Shown: piece by piece, positions 18,905 to 29,690 of the stretch | Layout of the letters: every line of letters begins with the position of its first letter | Numbering within the stretch: the stretch's first letter is position 1 | Assembly: GCA_965205205.1 (NCBI GenBank) | Contig: CBDBFX010000002.1 | Span: forward strand, 1,309,506 to 1,373,505 | Direction of reading: 5' to 3' | Source: Arenicellales bacterium | Lineage (GTDB): Bacteria > Pseudomonadota > Gammaproteobacteria > Arenicellales > JAJDZL01 | DNA: 64,000 bases | The notes under the pieces: generated by a model | Databases searched by the model: none | Told to the model about the DNA's origin: nothing | The model's input: only the letters and a program-made list of their open reading frames with translations | Program-made: the position numbers and the translations under genes

Positions 18905-19270
18905 CTATGGATTCGCTGAAGCTGTCACAGCCTTGTTCAATCCCAACCCTGGTTCGTCTGACATCGGTTTTCCTTTTGAAGTCGGCAACTTGGATTTCAA
19001 CAGTGTGTCTATTGTATTGACTGAAACGGATGGTGCAAGCAAATCATCATCCCAACCTGATGCCAGCTTACACCTGATATCCGTGGTCACGGGGTTACTC
19101 GACGCTTGCTGTTCCATCGTATCAGCCGCCAATGTCCAGGTTGATGGTCCCATCGATTTCGACAGTCGGTAACCGGGCTTATGCTGAATCCAGATTTTAC
19201 CGCTGCGTGTGAAAATATGACGATTCACTCCAATTTCAATGCCATGATTCCGACCGGAATGGTGAAGCAT
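18905..19270 (-). CDS. hypothetical protein, possibly a truncated remnant
   Basis: 121-aa ORF. Only its C-terminal end (LPTSKGKPMSDEPGLGLN) resembles the C-terminal PGLG motif of the neighbouring enolase-family proteins. Confidence 0.3.
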   Translation of the reverse strand: MLHHSGRNHGIEIGVNRHIFTRSGKIWIQHKPGYRLSKSMGPSTWTLAADTMEQQASSNPVTTDIRCKLASGWDDDLLAPSVSVNTIDTLLKSKLPTSKGKPMSDEPGLGLNKAVTASANP

Positions 19271-19617
19271 GTAACCGGTTTATGAATGAAATGCTGATCA
19301 ATGTCGGGGGTGTTGATTTCACCGATCTGTCTTTCACATGTTGCTGAATAGGCGGTCAGGAAAACAGTAGAATAGAATTTCTGAGCGGGGTGTCAACCCA
19401 ACACCGGGTCCTGATGCCACCTGAACGTCCCTGTGGATGATTCCCACAGTTGAAACTCTGACTGCTCTATGAGTTCTGGTATCAGACTTCTTTCGTTTGA
19501 ATTCAATACGACGATCAACTCCATCAATCGGTTTGATCTGGGATGACGGAAGCTGCCGTCAGTGTCTGTTCAAAGCCATCCTACACGTTAACCATCACGA
19601 ATGTTGGTGAATGAAAT

Positions 19618-19957
19618 CAGAGCTCATGACCTAATTCAATGATTATGATCAATATTCCACCTGTGGGGCAGACTGACGCGTCCATCGGTCGGCAGATTTT
19701 CAATGGCCATTCCGCGTCCTTGGTCTGAACTTTCAGCGGTGACGGATGATAAGTCCGATACTACGGTACCACCAACGACCAGGACCGGCTCGCCGATTGG
19801 CTGTGGCGGCCCGGTGAGGCGGCGGGCGATTTTTCCATTTTCCATCTGGCCATACGAAACGGTCCGATCGGTGGTTGGAGAATGTCAGCCTATTGAATTG
19901 ACAGGTCAGTCCAGTAGCGAACCATTGTTGAAATCAACCACCATTTCAGGAGGTCTG
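19618..19957 (-). repeat. copy A of the ~340-bp repeat family with terminal inverted repeats
   Basis: It aligns by eye with copies at 42279, 44945 and 45272. All share the core cagactgacgcgtccatcgg. The termini are CAGAGCTCATGA and the reverse complement CAGACCTCCTGA. Confidence 0.8.
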
Positions 19958-19979
19958 AAAATACCGAAGGTGGGGCAAT

Positions 19980-20684
19980 CTACGCCTGAGTGTATGTGAG
20001 GGGTGCGGCGGCAGTCTTGGTATCAGGGCTGAATTTCTCGGATTCGAGGTGCCTTTCGATTGCGTCCATCAGCCGGATGAACTGTGTGCGCTCAACCCGC
20101 CAGAAGTATTCAATGTGCTGCCTGGCATATTGTCCATCGGCATCCAGTCGACGAACCATACTGTTCAAATGACCCTGTTCTTCTGCCAACAGTTTAGCCA
20201 GTGAGAAGTCCAATTCAGCCGCTGCGATGCAACGCGCCAGAATTTCATACGCCCAGACGGCTCTGAACTCGACAATCAAAGACATGTAGAGATAAATCGT
20301 ACGGTGCTCTGCCTGTCGCCCAAAATACCGAATCATTGACACTTCCAGCTGAGAAAAATAGGCCCGCGCAAATGCCGGTGCGATGAGAACCGCCCGATCA
20401 TAGTCCAGCTTCTCACCGCTGAACCTTTCTGCGTGACGCTTGAACAGCACGGCGTGTCCGGTTTCTTCGTTCAGGTGTTTCAGCGTCGAATAATCGATGA
20501 TGTGTCGCTGTTGAGATGCCATAATCTTGTAGCTGCCGATATGCTCCATATAAGACAGCGTATTGCAGAACAGCCAGCGCGACCGCGCATCACTTAACAG
20601 CTCGGCGAACAGCCGTTCGGTCCTTTCGGACAGTTTTTCATTCTTCCGCGTGAACTCCTGAACAAGTTGTGGAATGACGGTCAT
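19980..20684 (-). CDS. ferritin-like diiron-carboxylate protein, function unknown
   Basis: 234 aa, helical, with two ExxH motifs (NEETGH, AEEQGH) and additional conserved Glu residues (YMEH, IVEFRA). Its ATG overlaps the bioB stop codon (ATGA). Confidence 0.65.
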   Translation of the reverse strand: MTVIPQLVQEFTRKNEKLSERTERLFAELLSDARSRWLFCNTLSYMEHIGSYKIMASQQRHIIDYSTLKHLNEETGHAVLFKRHAERFSGEKLDYDRAVLIAPAFARAYFSQLEVSMIRYFGRQAEHRTIYLYMSLIVEFRAVWAYEILARCIAAAELDFSLAKLLAEEQGHLNSMVRRLDADGQYARQHIEYFWRVERTQFIRLMDAIERHLESEKFSPDTKTAAAPLTYTQA

Positions 20685-21694
20685 AGTGACGCCACCGTCT
20701 TGAACCGACCTGAATACTGCTTCGGACTGCTGGGCGCGTCCGGCACCATATCGTCTATGCCGAGTTTTTCAAACAATGCCGCATCTTCATCGTATTCGAC
20801 ATTGTCGGTCGTCAGCAGGCGACCGCCGACGAATATGGAATTGATGCCGGCCAGGAAACACAGCGCCTGGAGCTCCTCAGACATGGTCCGGCGGCCGGCC
20901 GACAGCCGCAGCACTGAATTGGGCAGCATGATTCGCGCAACCGCGATGGTACGGACGAATTCGATGGGTTCCACCTGTTTCGTTTCCTGCAGTGGTGTGC
21001 CTGGAATCGGCACCAGCATATTGATCGGTACGCTTTCCGGCGGCGTTTCCATATTGGCCAGTACACGCAGCATGCTGGCCCGGTCCTGCGCTGTCTCACC
21101 CATTCCGAGAATGCCTCCACAGCACACTTTTATGCCTGCTTCGCGCACATACTCGAGGGTCCGAAGCCGATCTTCGAATTTTCGCGTCGTAATGACTTTA
21201 CCGTAGTACTCAGGAGACGTATCGATATTGTGATTGTAATAATCAAGACCCGCCTCCTTCAGCCGCGTCGCCTGTTCTCTTTCAAGCAGACCCAGAGTCA
21301 TGCAGGTTTCGAGTCCCAATGCTTTCACCTCACCGATCATCGAACAGAGCTGGTCCATGTGCCGACCTTTCGGACCGCGCCAGGCCGCACCCATGCAATA
21401 ACGAGTCGCACCATCCGCCTTGGCGGACTTCGCCTGCACCATTACCTCCTCAACCGACATCAACTCGCTGGCTTCGACGTCAGTCGCATATCGAATGGAC
21501 TGGCTGCAGTATTTACAGTCTTCAGGGCACCCACCCGTTTTAATGTTGACGAGCCGACTTTTCTGCACCTGATTGGCAATGAAGTGCTGTCGGTGAACGG
21601 TTTGCGCACGATACAGAAGGTCATTGAAGGATAGGGCAAACAAAGTCTGCACCTCGGCTGCTGACCAGGCTTGCTTAGATTTGAGATGGGTCAT
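20681..21694 (-). CDS. bioB: biotin synthase
   Basis: 337 aa with the radical-SAM cluster motif [11 protein letters not shown]. Confidence 0.95.
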   Translation of the reverse strand: MTHLKSKQAWSAAEVQTLFALSFNDLLYRAQTVHRQHFIANQVQKSRLVNIKTGGCPEDCKYCSQSIRYATDVEASELMSVEEVMVQAKSAKADGATRYCMGAAWRGPKGRHMDQLCSMIGEVKALGLETCMTLGLLEREQATRLKEAGLDYYNHNIDTSPEYYGKVITTRKFEDRLRTLEYVREAGIKVCCGGILGMGETAQDRASMLRVLANMETPPESVPINMLVPIPGTPLQETKQVEPIEFVRTIAVARIMLPNSVLRLSAGRRTMSEELQALCFLAGINSIFVGGRLLTTDNVEYDEDAALFEKLGIDDMVPDAPSSPKQYSGRFKTVASL

Positions 21695-21927
21695 TGAAAA
21701 TATTGAACTCCAGTTGATTCATGATTCACATTCGTGGGCCCAAAACGATTGCCGGACTGCAACCAATATACATTATCGCCTTAATCGGGGGTGATTGTAA
21801 TAACTGAAGATATCATTCACAAAATCTGAATGCGTAACCCAGACTGAGCAAATGTCATACCATATGAATCTTCAGTCTCTGAAATTCATTCGTCACACCA
21901 CTACTCAAAATAGGTCTGTCCCTACAG

Positions 21928-24243
21928 ATGAAACCACTCAGTTTTTCACCGCGAAAAGAAGACCGCCGCTTACTGACCGGTCGCGGCGAGTTCGTAGACG
22001 ACCTTAGTCAGGATGATTTTCTGGCTGGGTATGTGGTTCGATCGCCCTATCCGCATGCGGTGATCCATCGCATTCATAAAGATAAAGCCATCCGGTGTCC
22101 GGGGGTGCGCCTGATTCTCACGGCTGTGGAACTGGCGGCCGACCGAATTGGCGGGCTGCCCTGTGTCTCATCTTTCTCCGATGCGAATGATCCCCCCATC
22201 ATCAAACCCAACAGACCCATCCTAGCAACCGGTCGCGTACGCCATGTCGGCGAGCCGGTGGTATTTATTGTTGCCGATACGCTGAATCATGCGATTGACG
22301 CATCCGAGCACCTCGAAATCGACTATGAAGAACTGCCGTCGGTCAGCGACGTTGAAAAGGCGTTCACCGGCGACACGCGGATCTGGGATGATGCCGTCGA
22401 TAATCTGTGCTACACCTTTGAGCGTGGAGACCCACTAGAGGTGGAAAGGCTATTGGCCCAGTCGGCTCACGTATCTTCTATTAAGGTGTATCACCCTCGC
22501 ATGGCCATCACACCGATCGAGCCTCGAGCCGCCATCGCCCAATTCGATGCGGTCGCCCAGCAGTGGGTTCTGAATGTGCAGACCCAGGGCGTACATATGA
22601 TTCACCGCGTGCTCTCGGAGGATGTGCTGCCTATTGAACCTGACAGACTGCGAGTCGTTACCAAAGATGTCGGCGGCAGTTTCGGCATGAAAATATTTCC
22701 TTACCCTGAATACGCACTCGTACTGCTCGCGGGCATCAAAATCGGCCGGGCCGTGAAGTGGACCGCAACCCGGTCTGAATCATTTTTCTCCGACTGCCAA
22801 GGTCGCGCCAGAGTTGACTCTGCGCGAATCGGTTTTGATCGGAACGGTAAAATAACGGCCTATCAATGCGATACCCTTTCGGACTTGGGGGCCTATCTGA
22901 GTTATGTCGGACCTTCGATCGCCTCAGTTTACGCCTATACCGTAGTCGGTCACACCTATAAGATTCCTCAGCTGCACTTCAAAAACCGCGGTATTTTCAC
23001 CCATGCGGTACCGACTGACGCTTATCGCGGTGCGGGTAAACCGGAAACCGTCTGTACGCTTGAGCAGCTGATGGATAAAGCCGCCTTTGAAATGAAAGTT
23101 GATCGGCTGGAACTTCGCCGAATGAACTTCGTTCAGCCTGAGGACCTGCCATATCGCATGCTGAATGGGCAGACGATTGACAGTGGCAACTTCGAAGCGC
23201 TGCTGGAACGGGCGGTTGAGCTGGCCGCCTGGGATGCGTTTCCGACCCGCCGTAGGAAAGCCAGCCATTCCGGTCTTCTGCGCGGTATTGGACTCGGCAT
23301 GTATATGCACTCAACCGGTGGTTCAGTTGCTGAAACATGCCGGATGGAACTAGCTCAGAAGGGAGTGGTTCATGTCTTTACCGGCACACAGACGGGTGGA
23401 CAGGGACATGTTACAGCACTCTCTGAACTGGTCGCCGAGGTCATGGAAATTGACTCGACACAGGTGGAGGTTTTCCAGGGTGATACCGCCAAACACGCAA
23501 TCGGCAGTGGCACCGGCGGTTCCTCTCTGGTGGCCATTGCCGGAACGACTGTGGTACGCGCCGCCCACGTCCTGATTGACAATACCCGCAACGCCGCGGC
23601 TGAACTCCTCGAAGCGCACGCTGACGATATCGCTTATTCGCGCGGTATCTTTTACATTCCCGGAACGGACCGACAACTGACTCTTGGACAACTCGCCGCG
23701 ATGGTGGAAAACGCTCCACTTCCGCATGCGCCGTGCATCGGACAGGCGAAATTCGAAGGCACCAACACCACTCACCCCTGTGGCGCCTATGTGGTTGAAC
23801 TTGAGTGTGACCCACAAACCGGTGCAATCCGCATTATCCAACTAGTCGGTGTAGATGACATCGGACGCATGCTGTTTCCGCAGCTCGCGGATGGTCAACT
23901 GCAGGGATCTTGGGCGCAGGCCGTGGGCACCTCGCTTATGGAAGGTATGCGATTCGACGCAGAGGGCGGCGGGCAGATACTGAGTGGTTCACTGATGGAT
24001 TACCAGATCCCCAGAGCCGACGAACTGCCGTTCATAACACTCGATAAACTGCCAACTCCCTGCGCGACGAATGCCATGGGTGTAAAAGGTGTTGGCGAGG
24101 TGGCCAATCTCGGGGTGCCCGGCGCCATTGGCAACGCACTGTCAGATCTTCTGAGTACAGAGAATGATTTTATCGTCGTCAGACCACCGGCGACGCCGCA
24201 CACACTCTGGACGATCCTCAAAAACCGCGCCACCGCCGTCTGA
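21928..24243 (+). CDS. xanthine dehydrogenase/aldehyde oxidase family molybdopterin-binding subunit
   Basis: 771 aa with overall similarity to CoxL/XdhB-type large subunits (N-terminal RKEDRRLLTGRG, GGSFG). No adjacent FAD or 2Fe-2S subunit genes. Confidence 0.85.
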   Translation: MKPLSFSPRKEDRRLLTGRGEFVDDLSQDDFLAGYVVRSPYPHAVIHRIHKDKAIRCPGVRLILTAVELAADRIGGLPCVSSFSDANDPPIIKPNRPILATGRVRHVGEPVVFIVADTLNHAIDASEHLEIDYEELPSVSDVEKAFTGDTRIWDDAVDNLCYTFERGDPLEVERLLAQSAHVSSIKVYHPRMAITPIEPRAAIAQFDAVAQQWVLNVQTQGVHMIHRVLSEDVLPIEPDRLRVVTKDVGGSFGMKIFPYPEYALVLLAGIKIGRAVKWTATRSESFFSDCQGRARVDSARIGFDRNGKITAYQCDTLSDLGAYLSYVGPSIASVYAYTVVGHTYKIPQLHFKNRGIFTHAVPTDAYRGAGKPETVCTLEQLMDKAAFEMKVDRLELRRMNFVQPEDLPYRMLNGQTIDSGNFEALLERAVELAAWDAFPTRRRKASHSGLLRGIGLGMYMHSTGGSVAETCRMELAQKGVVHVFTGTQTGGQGHVTALSELVAEVMEIDSTQVEVFQGDTAKHAIGSGTGGSSLVAIAGTTVVRAAHVLIDNTRNAAAELLEAHADDIAYSRGIFYIPGTDRQLTLGQLAAMVENAPLPHAPCIGQAKFEGTNTTHPCGAYVVELECDPQTGAIRIIQLVGVDDIGRMLFPQLADGQLQGSWAQAVGTSLMEGMRFDAEGGGQILSGSLMDYQIPRADELPFITLDKLPTPCATNAMGVKGVGEVANLGVPGAIGNALSDLLSTENDFIVVRPPATPHTLWTILKNRATAV

Positions 24244-24257
24244 TCGATACGGCGGCA

Positions 24258-24851
24258 TTACTCATTATCCAGTCTGGCGATGCGACCAAGATACCCACCG
24301 TGATGACGCAGGCCGTATTGTTTTTTGGAAATGTTCTTCTGCTCCATCAGTGCGAGCGTAATCGCATCCGCAATCGCATTCATGACTGCGATGCTGGCCG
24401 ACGGCGTCAATCCCAAAGGACACGGTTCCTCCACCACCCCCATCTCCAATATGATGTCGCAATGACCGCGCAACTCAGACTCGGCGTGTGACGTGATGCC
24501 AACCACTTTACCCAGGCCGAGGTGCTGCGCCAGGCTGAGCATCTCGATCACTTCCCGCGTCTTACCACTCGTTGAAAACGCAACCATACAATCGGCTTCT
24601 GAAATCAAACCAAGATCGCCATGGGCCGCTTCACCAGGATGAATGTAAATTGCCGGTGTACCAGTCGAACACAGCGTTACGGCAAATTTTCTTGCGCAGA
24701 ATCCGGCCTTTCCCATCCCGGTCGTCAATATTTTGCTGTCATTTGACAACAACAGTCTCACCGCTTCTTCAAAGGCCGGCGTAACTTCAATGGACTGAAT
24801 GGCCCGCGCTTCCGCGTCGATTACATGTCGAATTCGTTGAACAATATTCAT
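24258..24851 (-). CDS. SIS-domain sugar phosphate isomerase-like protein
   Basis: 197 aa with the motifs TGMGKAG and FSTSGKT typical of SIS domains. Confidence 0.8.
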   Translation of the reverse strand: MNIVQRIRHVIDAEARAIQSIEVTPAFEEAVRLLLSNDSKILTTGMGKAGFCARKFAVTLCSTGTPAIYIHPGEAAHGDLGLISEADCMVAFSTSGKTREVIEMLSLAQHLGLGKVVGITSHAESELRGHCDIILEMGVVEEPCPLGLTPSASIAVMNAIADAITLALMEQKNISKKQYGLRHHGGYLGRIARLDNE

Positions 24852-25433
24852 GCGTACTCTTGAAAAGTGAACTTTTTAATGCTACATTATGTTCATTGAA
24901 ACAGTAAAATTGAATGCAATACGGGTATCCGCCACGTCAATGATCCCGCCATCTGGCTTTCCGAACCGGTCGGGAATGCCGTATTGAATGCACGAATTCG
25001 AAGCCATGGGTCAGTCGGAGGGGTGTCGGCAGATACAGCCCAAACAAGCAAAAGGAATCCCGCTCCAGAATTTAACCCATACCGTGGGTGAGCATATCAC
25101 TGAACGCTGTTGGCTACCGTATCGAAAGCATTGATTGATCGTTTGACAAAAAACAGACGCTATAATAATTTCTTTCACAGACACATCACTCAACCGATGA
25201 TAATTTCTCAGGACTGCTTCTTCAGGTTCATTTTTCCCTGCTCGCTCAGGTAAAATCTATACATGTGGATTAATTTGATGCCACCGTTCAGCATTGAAGT
25301 TCGACTGTAACTGTAAGGAAACTGACATATCACCTTACCAAACCGGGTCGATTGAAGTCGGATACAATAAACTGCACCTACCAAGAAACTTTCCACCGTA
25401 CCGATGGACACCGCCAATCCGTAGCAGATAATT

Positions 25434-25760
25434 ATGACAGATTCGATCATTCACGTTACCGATGCCAACTTTCAGGAAGAAGTGCTGCAGTCGGACCGAC
25501 CGGTCATTGTCGATTATTGGGCTGAATGGTGCGGTCCGTGTAAAATGATTGCACCCATATTGGAAGAAGTGGCCGATGAATATCAGAATCGGCTGAAAGT
25601 CGCAAAACTGAATATTGATGAAAACCCGCAGACGCCTGCCCAATACGGCATTCGCGGGATTCCAACATTGATGATTTTCAAAGACGGAGTTGTCGAAGCA
25701 ACCAAAGTTGGCGCCGTTTCAAAATCTCAATTGACCGCCTTTATTGATGAATCCTGCTAG
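25434..25760 (+). CDS. trxA: thioredoxin
   Basis: 108 aa with the WCGPC active site. Confidence 0.95.
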   Translation: MTDSIIHVTDANFQEEVLQSDRPVIVDYWAEWCGPCKMIAPILEEVADEYQNRLKVAKLNIDENPQTPAQYGIRGIPTLMIFKDGVVEATKVGAVSKSQLTAFIDESC

Positions 25761-25794
25761 CTCATAGTTACGGAGTAAACAAAACACCTTGAAT

Positions 25795-25814
25795 CACCCG
25801 CTTGGGTGTATTTT
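25795..25814 (+). terminator. weak hairpin plus T-run after trxA (possible terminator or attenuator upstream of rho)
   Basis: CACCC-GCTT-GGGTG stem-loop followed by TATTTT. Confidence 0.35.
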
Positions 25815-25893
25815 CAATTCCTGCCAAATCTTAATCAACTATTGATTTATGGTGCCCTGAGGCACCGCTTCAATTACAGCCGCAATCGAGGCA

Positions 25894-27168
<1,275 letters not shown>

Positions 27169-27447
27169 GCTGCAGTTTGCCAGCTTCCGCGAGCCACACA
27201 CCGAACTGTTTTACTCACATGTACAGATCATCTGACCTGAGCTCAATGACGCATCTTGCGGTACGAACGAAGGCGCTACTGAAAATTCTCCGACGGCAAA
27301 TGGATTGTTCCGCCGACAAGCTACGGTCCGTTTGATCTGCGCCATTGTCCTGGTTCAGTGTTGAATTTTCAGTTCATCTTGATTTGAAACCTGTGTTCGT
27401 CCCGTTTCCCAGTTGAGCATAAACCAAGCGACGGCATCCATCCCACC

Positions 27448-27648
27448 ATGAAAGAAGGCATTCATCCATCCTACTCAACGATCGAAGTTACCTGCGTCTG
27501 CGGCAACAGTTTCGAGACGCGCTCGACGCTGAAAAAAGATCTGGGCATCGAGATCTGCTCGATCTGCCACCCCTTTTACACCGGCCGGCAGAAGATCATC
27601 GACACCGAGGGTCGGGTCGGAAAGTTCAGGGAGAAATACGGCCTGTAG
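27448..27648 (+). CDS. rpmE: 50S ribosomal protein L31
   Basis: 66 aa: MKEGIHP...CVCG...[10 protein letters not shown]. Confidence 0.95.
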   Translation: MKEGIHPSYSTIEVTCVCGNSFETRSTLKKDLGIEICSICHPFYTGRQKIIDTEGRVGKFREKYGL

Positions 27649-27665
27649 AAACCGCGCGCGGTTTC
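27648..27665 (+). terminator. perfect 18-nt palindrome directly after rpmE
   Basis: GAAACCGCGCGCGGTTTC overlaps the rpmE stop codon. There is no clear T-run, so terminator function is uncertain. Confidence 0.3.
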
Positions 27666-27848
27666 AGCGTCTGCGCGACGGTTGACAGCCTGCGGTCCGC
27701 TACCGTTCGGGAGCGGATGTATGATGCCGCATCGAACCATTGATGATTGTGTGGTCTGGGCGGCCACAACGTCTGGAGACATTGACGGCCTTTTTCAGGC
27801 ACGGCAACGCCCGAGACGAAGCCATCTGAACGACGCTCAACCGCGCAG

Positions 27849-28001
27849 CTAGATTTCCAGCATCTGAAAATCTTCCTTGGTGGCATAGCAGTCGGGACAC
27901 TGCCAGTCCTCAGGCACGTCCACCCAGCGGGTGCCCGGCGCAAGCCCCTCCTCCGGCAGACCGTGCTCCTCTTCATAGATGAAGCCACAGATCACGCACA
28001 T
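27849..28001 (-). CDS. rubredoxin
   Basis: 50-codon ORF, below the ORF-track cutoff. My translation is MCVICGFIYEEEHGLPEEGLAPGTRWVDVPEDWQCPDCYATKEDFQMLEI, with the two CxxC pairs and the WxCPxC motif of rubredoxins. Confidence 0.85.
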   Translation of the reverse strand: MCVICGFIYEEEHGLPEEGLAPGTRWVDVPEDWQCPDCYATKEDFQMLEI

Positions 28002-28057
28002 GTAAGTCCTGTAAACCAACAGACGGTTACCGGCGGCCCGCCGGCCGTACCCTCGAC

Positions 28058-28528
28058 TCAGTCCCCATCATCGGGCGGCTGAAAACCGTACAATCGCAGC
28101 ATCTCGCGCTGCATCTCCCGCCAATGCCGCAAATTCCGACGGCTCAGCTCACCCATCGACGACGCCACCGAATCGCCCTCCAGCACCTCCTGCCAATGCG
28201 CCTGATAAGCCCGCTGCTGTTCGTTCAGCATCTCAACGGTCCGGCCCAGATAATCAGTGAACACGCTCTGAAACGCACCACCATAAAACCGAATCATCTG
28301 CGTCAGCAGCTCTTTGGTGAACATCGGCTGACCACCAGCCTCCTGCTCCGATATGATCTGAATCAGAATCTGCCGGGTGAGATCCTCACCACTGACCACG
28401 TCAACCACCTGTATCTCATCGCCGGCGAGAATCAGCTCCCGAACCTCGCTCAAGGTCACATAACGGCTCTGCTCCGTATCGTAAAGCCGGCGGTTGGAAT
28501 ACTTCTTGATCGTGCGCACGTTCGCCAT
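28058..28528 (-). CDS. phaR: polyhydroxyalkanoate synthesis repressor PhaR
   Basis: 156 aa with the N-terminal IKKYSNRRLYDT motif characteristic of PhaR. Confidence 0.85.
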   Translation of the reverse strand: MANVRTIKKYSNRRLYDTEQSRYVTLSEVRELILAGDEIQVVDVVSGEDLTRQILIQIISEQEAGGQPMFTKELLTQMIRFYGGAFQSVFTDYLGRTVEMLNEQQRAYQAHWQEVLEGDSVASSMGELSRRNLRHWREMQREMLRLYGFQPPDDGD

Positions 28529-28533
28529 CGGAT

Positions 28534-29259
28534 TCAGTACATGTGCTGACCGCCGTTGATGTCAATCGTCGAACCCGTGATGAACGACGCGTTCTCATCA
28601 ACCAGGAACAACACGCCGCGGGCAATGTCTTCGGCTTTTCCAAGTCGCCCGACGGGGATCGTACCAATGATCTTCTCAAGCACTTTGTCTGGCACCGCCC
28701 GCACCATATCCGTATCGACATACCCAGGTGCGATTGCGTTGACGGTGATTCCCTTGCGGGCTCCTTCTTTAGCCAGTGCCTTGGTAAATCCGTGAATGCC
28801 AGATTTCGACGCGGAATAGTTGACCTGACCGTATTGACCAGCCTGTCCGTTCACGGAACCAATATTGACAATTCGTCCGAATTCGCGCTCGCGCATGCCT
28901 TCTATCACACAGCGGCACATATTGAAGCAGGAGGAAAGATTGGTCTGCAGAACGATATTCCAGCTCTCGAAATCCATTGTGTGAATGGTGCGATCGCGTG
29001 TAATTCCAGCATTGTTGACGAGAATGTCAATGACGCCCAAATCTTCTGTGATTTTTTTAACACCTGATTCACACTGGGAGAAATCACTGACATCAAACGC
29101 ATAAACCGGAATACCCGCTCTCTCGCTAAACGCTTTCGCTCGTTCGTGGTTGCCGGCATAGTTCGCTGCGACTTTATAACCGGCATCTGACAAAGCGATG
29201 GAGATGGCTTCGCCAATTCCCCGCGTTCCTCCAGTAACAACTGCAACATGTGATCTCAT
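28534..29259 (-). CDS. phaB: acetoacetyl-CoA reductase (SDR family)
   Basis: VTGGTRGIG and YSASK motifs in a pha gene context. ATG 29259 has a GGAGA Shine-Dalgarno 8 nt upstream, whereas the listed ATG 29274 has none. Confidence 0.85.
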   Translation of the reverse strand: MRSHVAVVTGGTRGIGEAISIALSDAGYKVAANYAGNHERAKAFSERAGIPVYAFDVSDFSQCESGVKKITEDLGVIDILVNNAGITRDRTIHTMDFESWNIVLQTNLSSCFNMCRCVIEGMREREFGRIVNIGSVNGQAGQYGQVNYSASKSGIHGFTKALAKEGARKGITVNAIAPGYVDTDMVRAVPDKVLEKIIGTIPVGRLGKAEDIARGVLFLVDENASFITGSTIDINGGQHMY

Positions 29260-29690
29260 AATTGGTATCTCCATGAAATATGACGATGCTCTTTCATTTT
29301 ATACGCAGATAATTTTCTACTTCCATCGCGTTTTATTTTACGCCTGTACCGGTCTGTGAAATTACAAGATGAGGCGGTTGCTATGAGTGGTGTGAATTCC
29401 TGAAATGTGCGAATCTGCAATAAATGGAACACGCATTCCAAATTCTAAATCTTACCAACCGTTTTTCCGGTAACCAATCACTTTTTGTCGCCAAACGGCA
29501 CTGTCCAAGACGATAACCATAAAACGATCCCATCTTATCGGTTGAATTCTTATTTTCGGAAATGTGGCGTGTGCGTATGATGACCTTGCGAGCCAAATGA
29601 TAGATTTGAGCTGTCAAATCCTCCCATATCGGAACGTCGTTCGCCGATTCATGCTACAATGGAATCAGACGATTCACTGATCAATCAGAA

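Noticed and set aside
19636-19845. 69-aa ORF (MENGKIARRL...) inside repeat copy A, suggesting the repeats are pseudogenes of a protein-coding gene.
   Set aside because: The other copies break this frame with non-triplet indels and stop codons. Substitutions between copies A and D show no third-position bias across this part. Only the first 19 codons of the element look constrained, and these are reported separately.
21695-21927. Search for a BirA-type bio operator upstream of bioB. The region upstream of bioF at 12684-12779 was also searched.
   Set aside because: No TTGTAAACC-like inverted repeat or other clear palindrome was found. Only a short direct repeat (TGAATCATGAATCA) is present.
25143-25166. 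TTGACA ... TATAAT pair in the 580-bp gene-free gap upstream of trxA.
   Set aside because: The hexamers are perfect but the spacer is only 12 nt (15 nt if AATAAT is used), outside the optimal 16-18 nt. It is therefore not reported as a promoter feature. The gap itself showed no convincing ORF, terminator or RNA motif.
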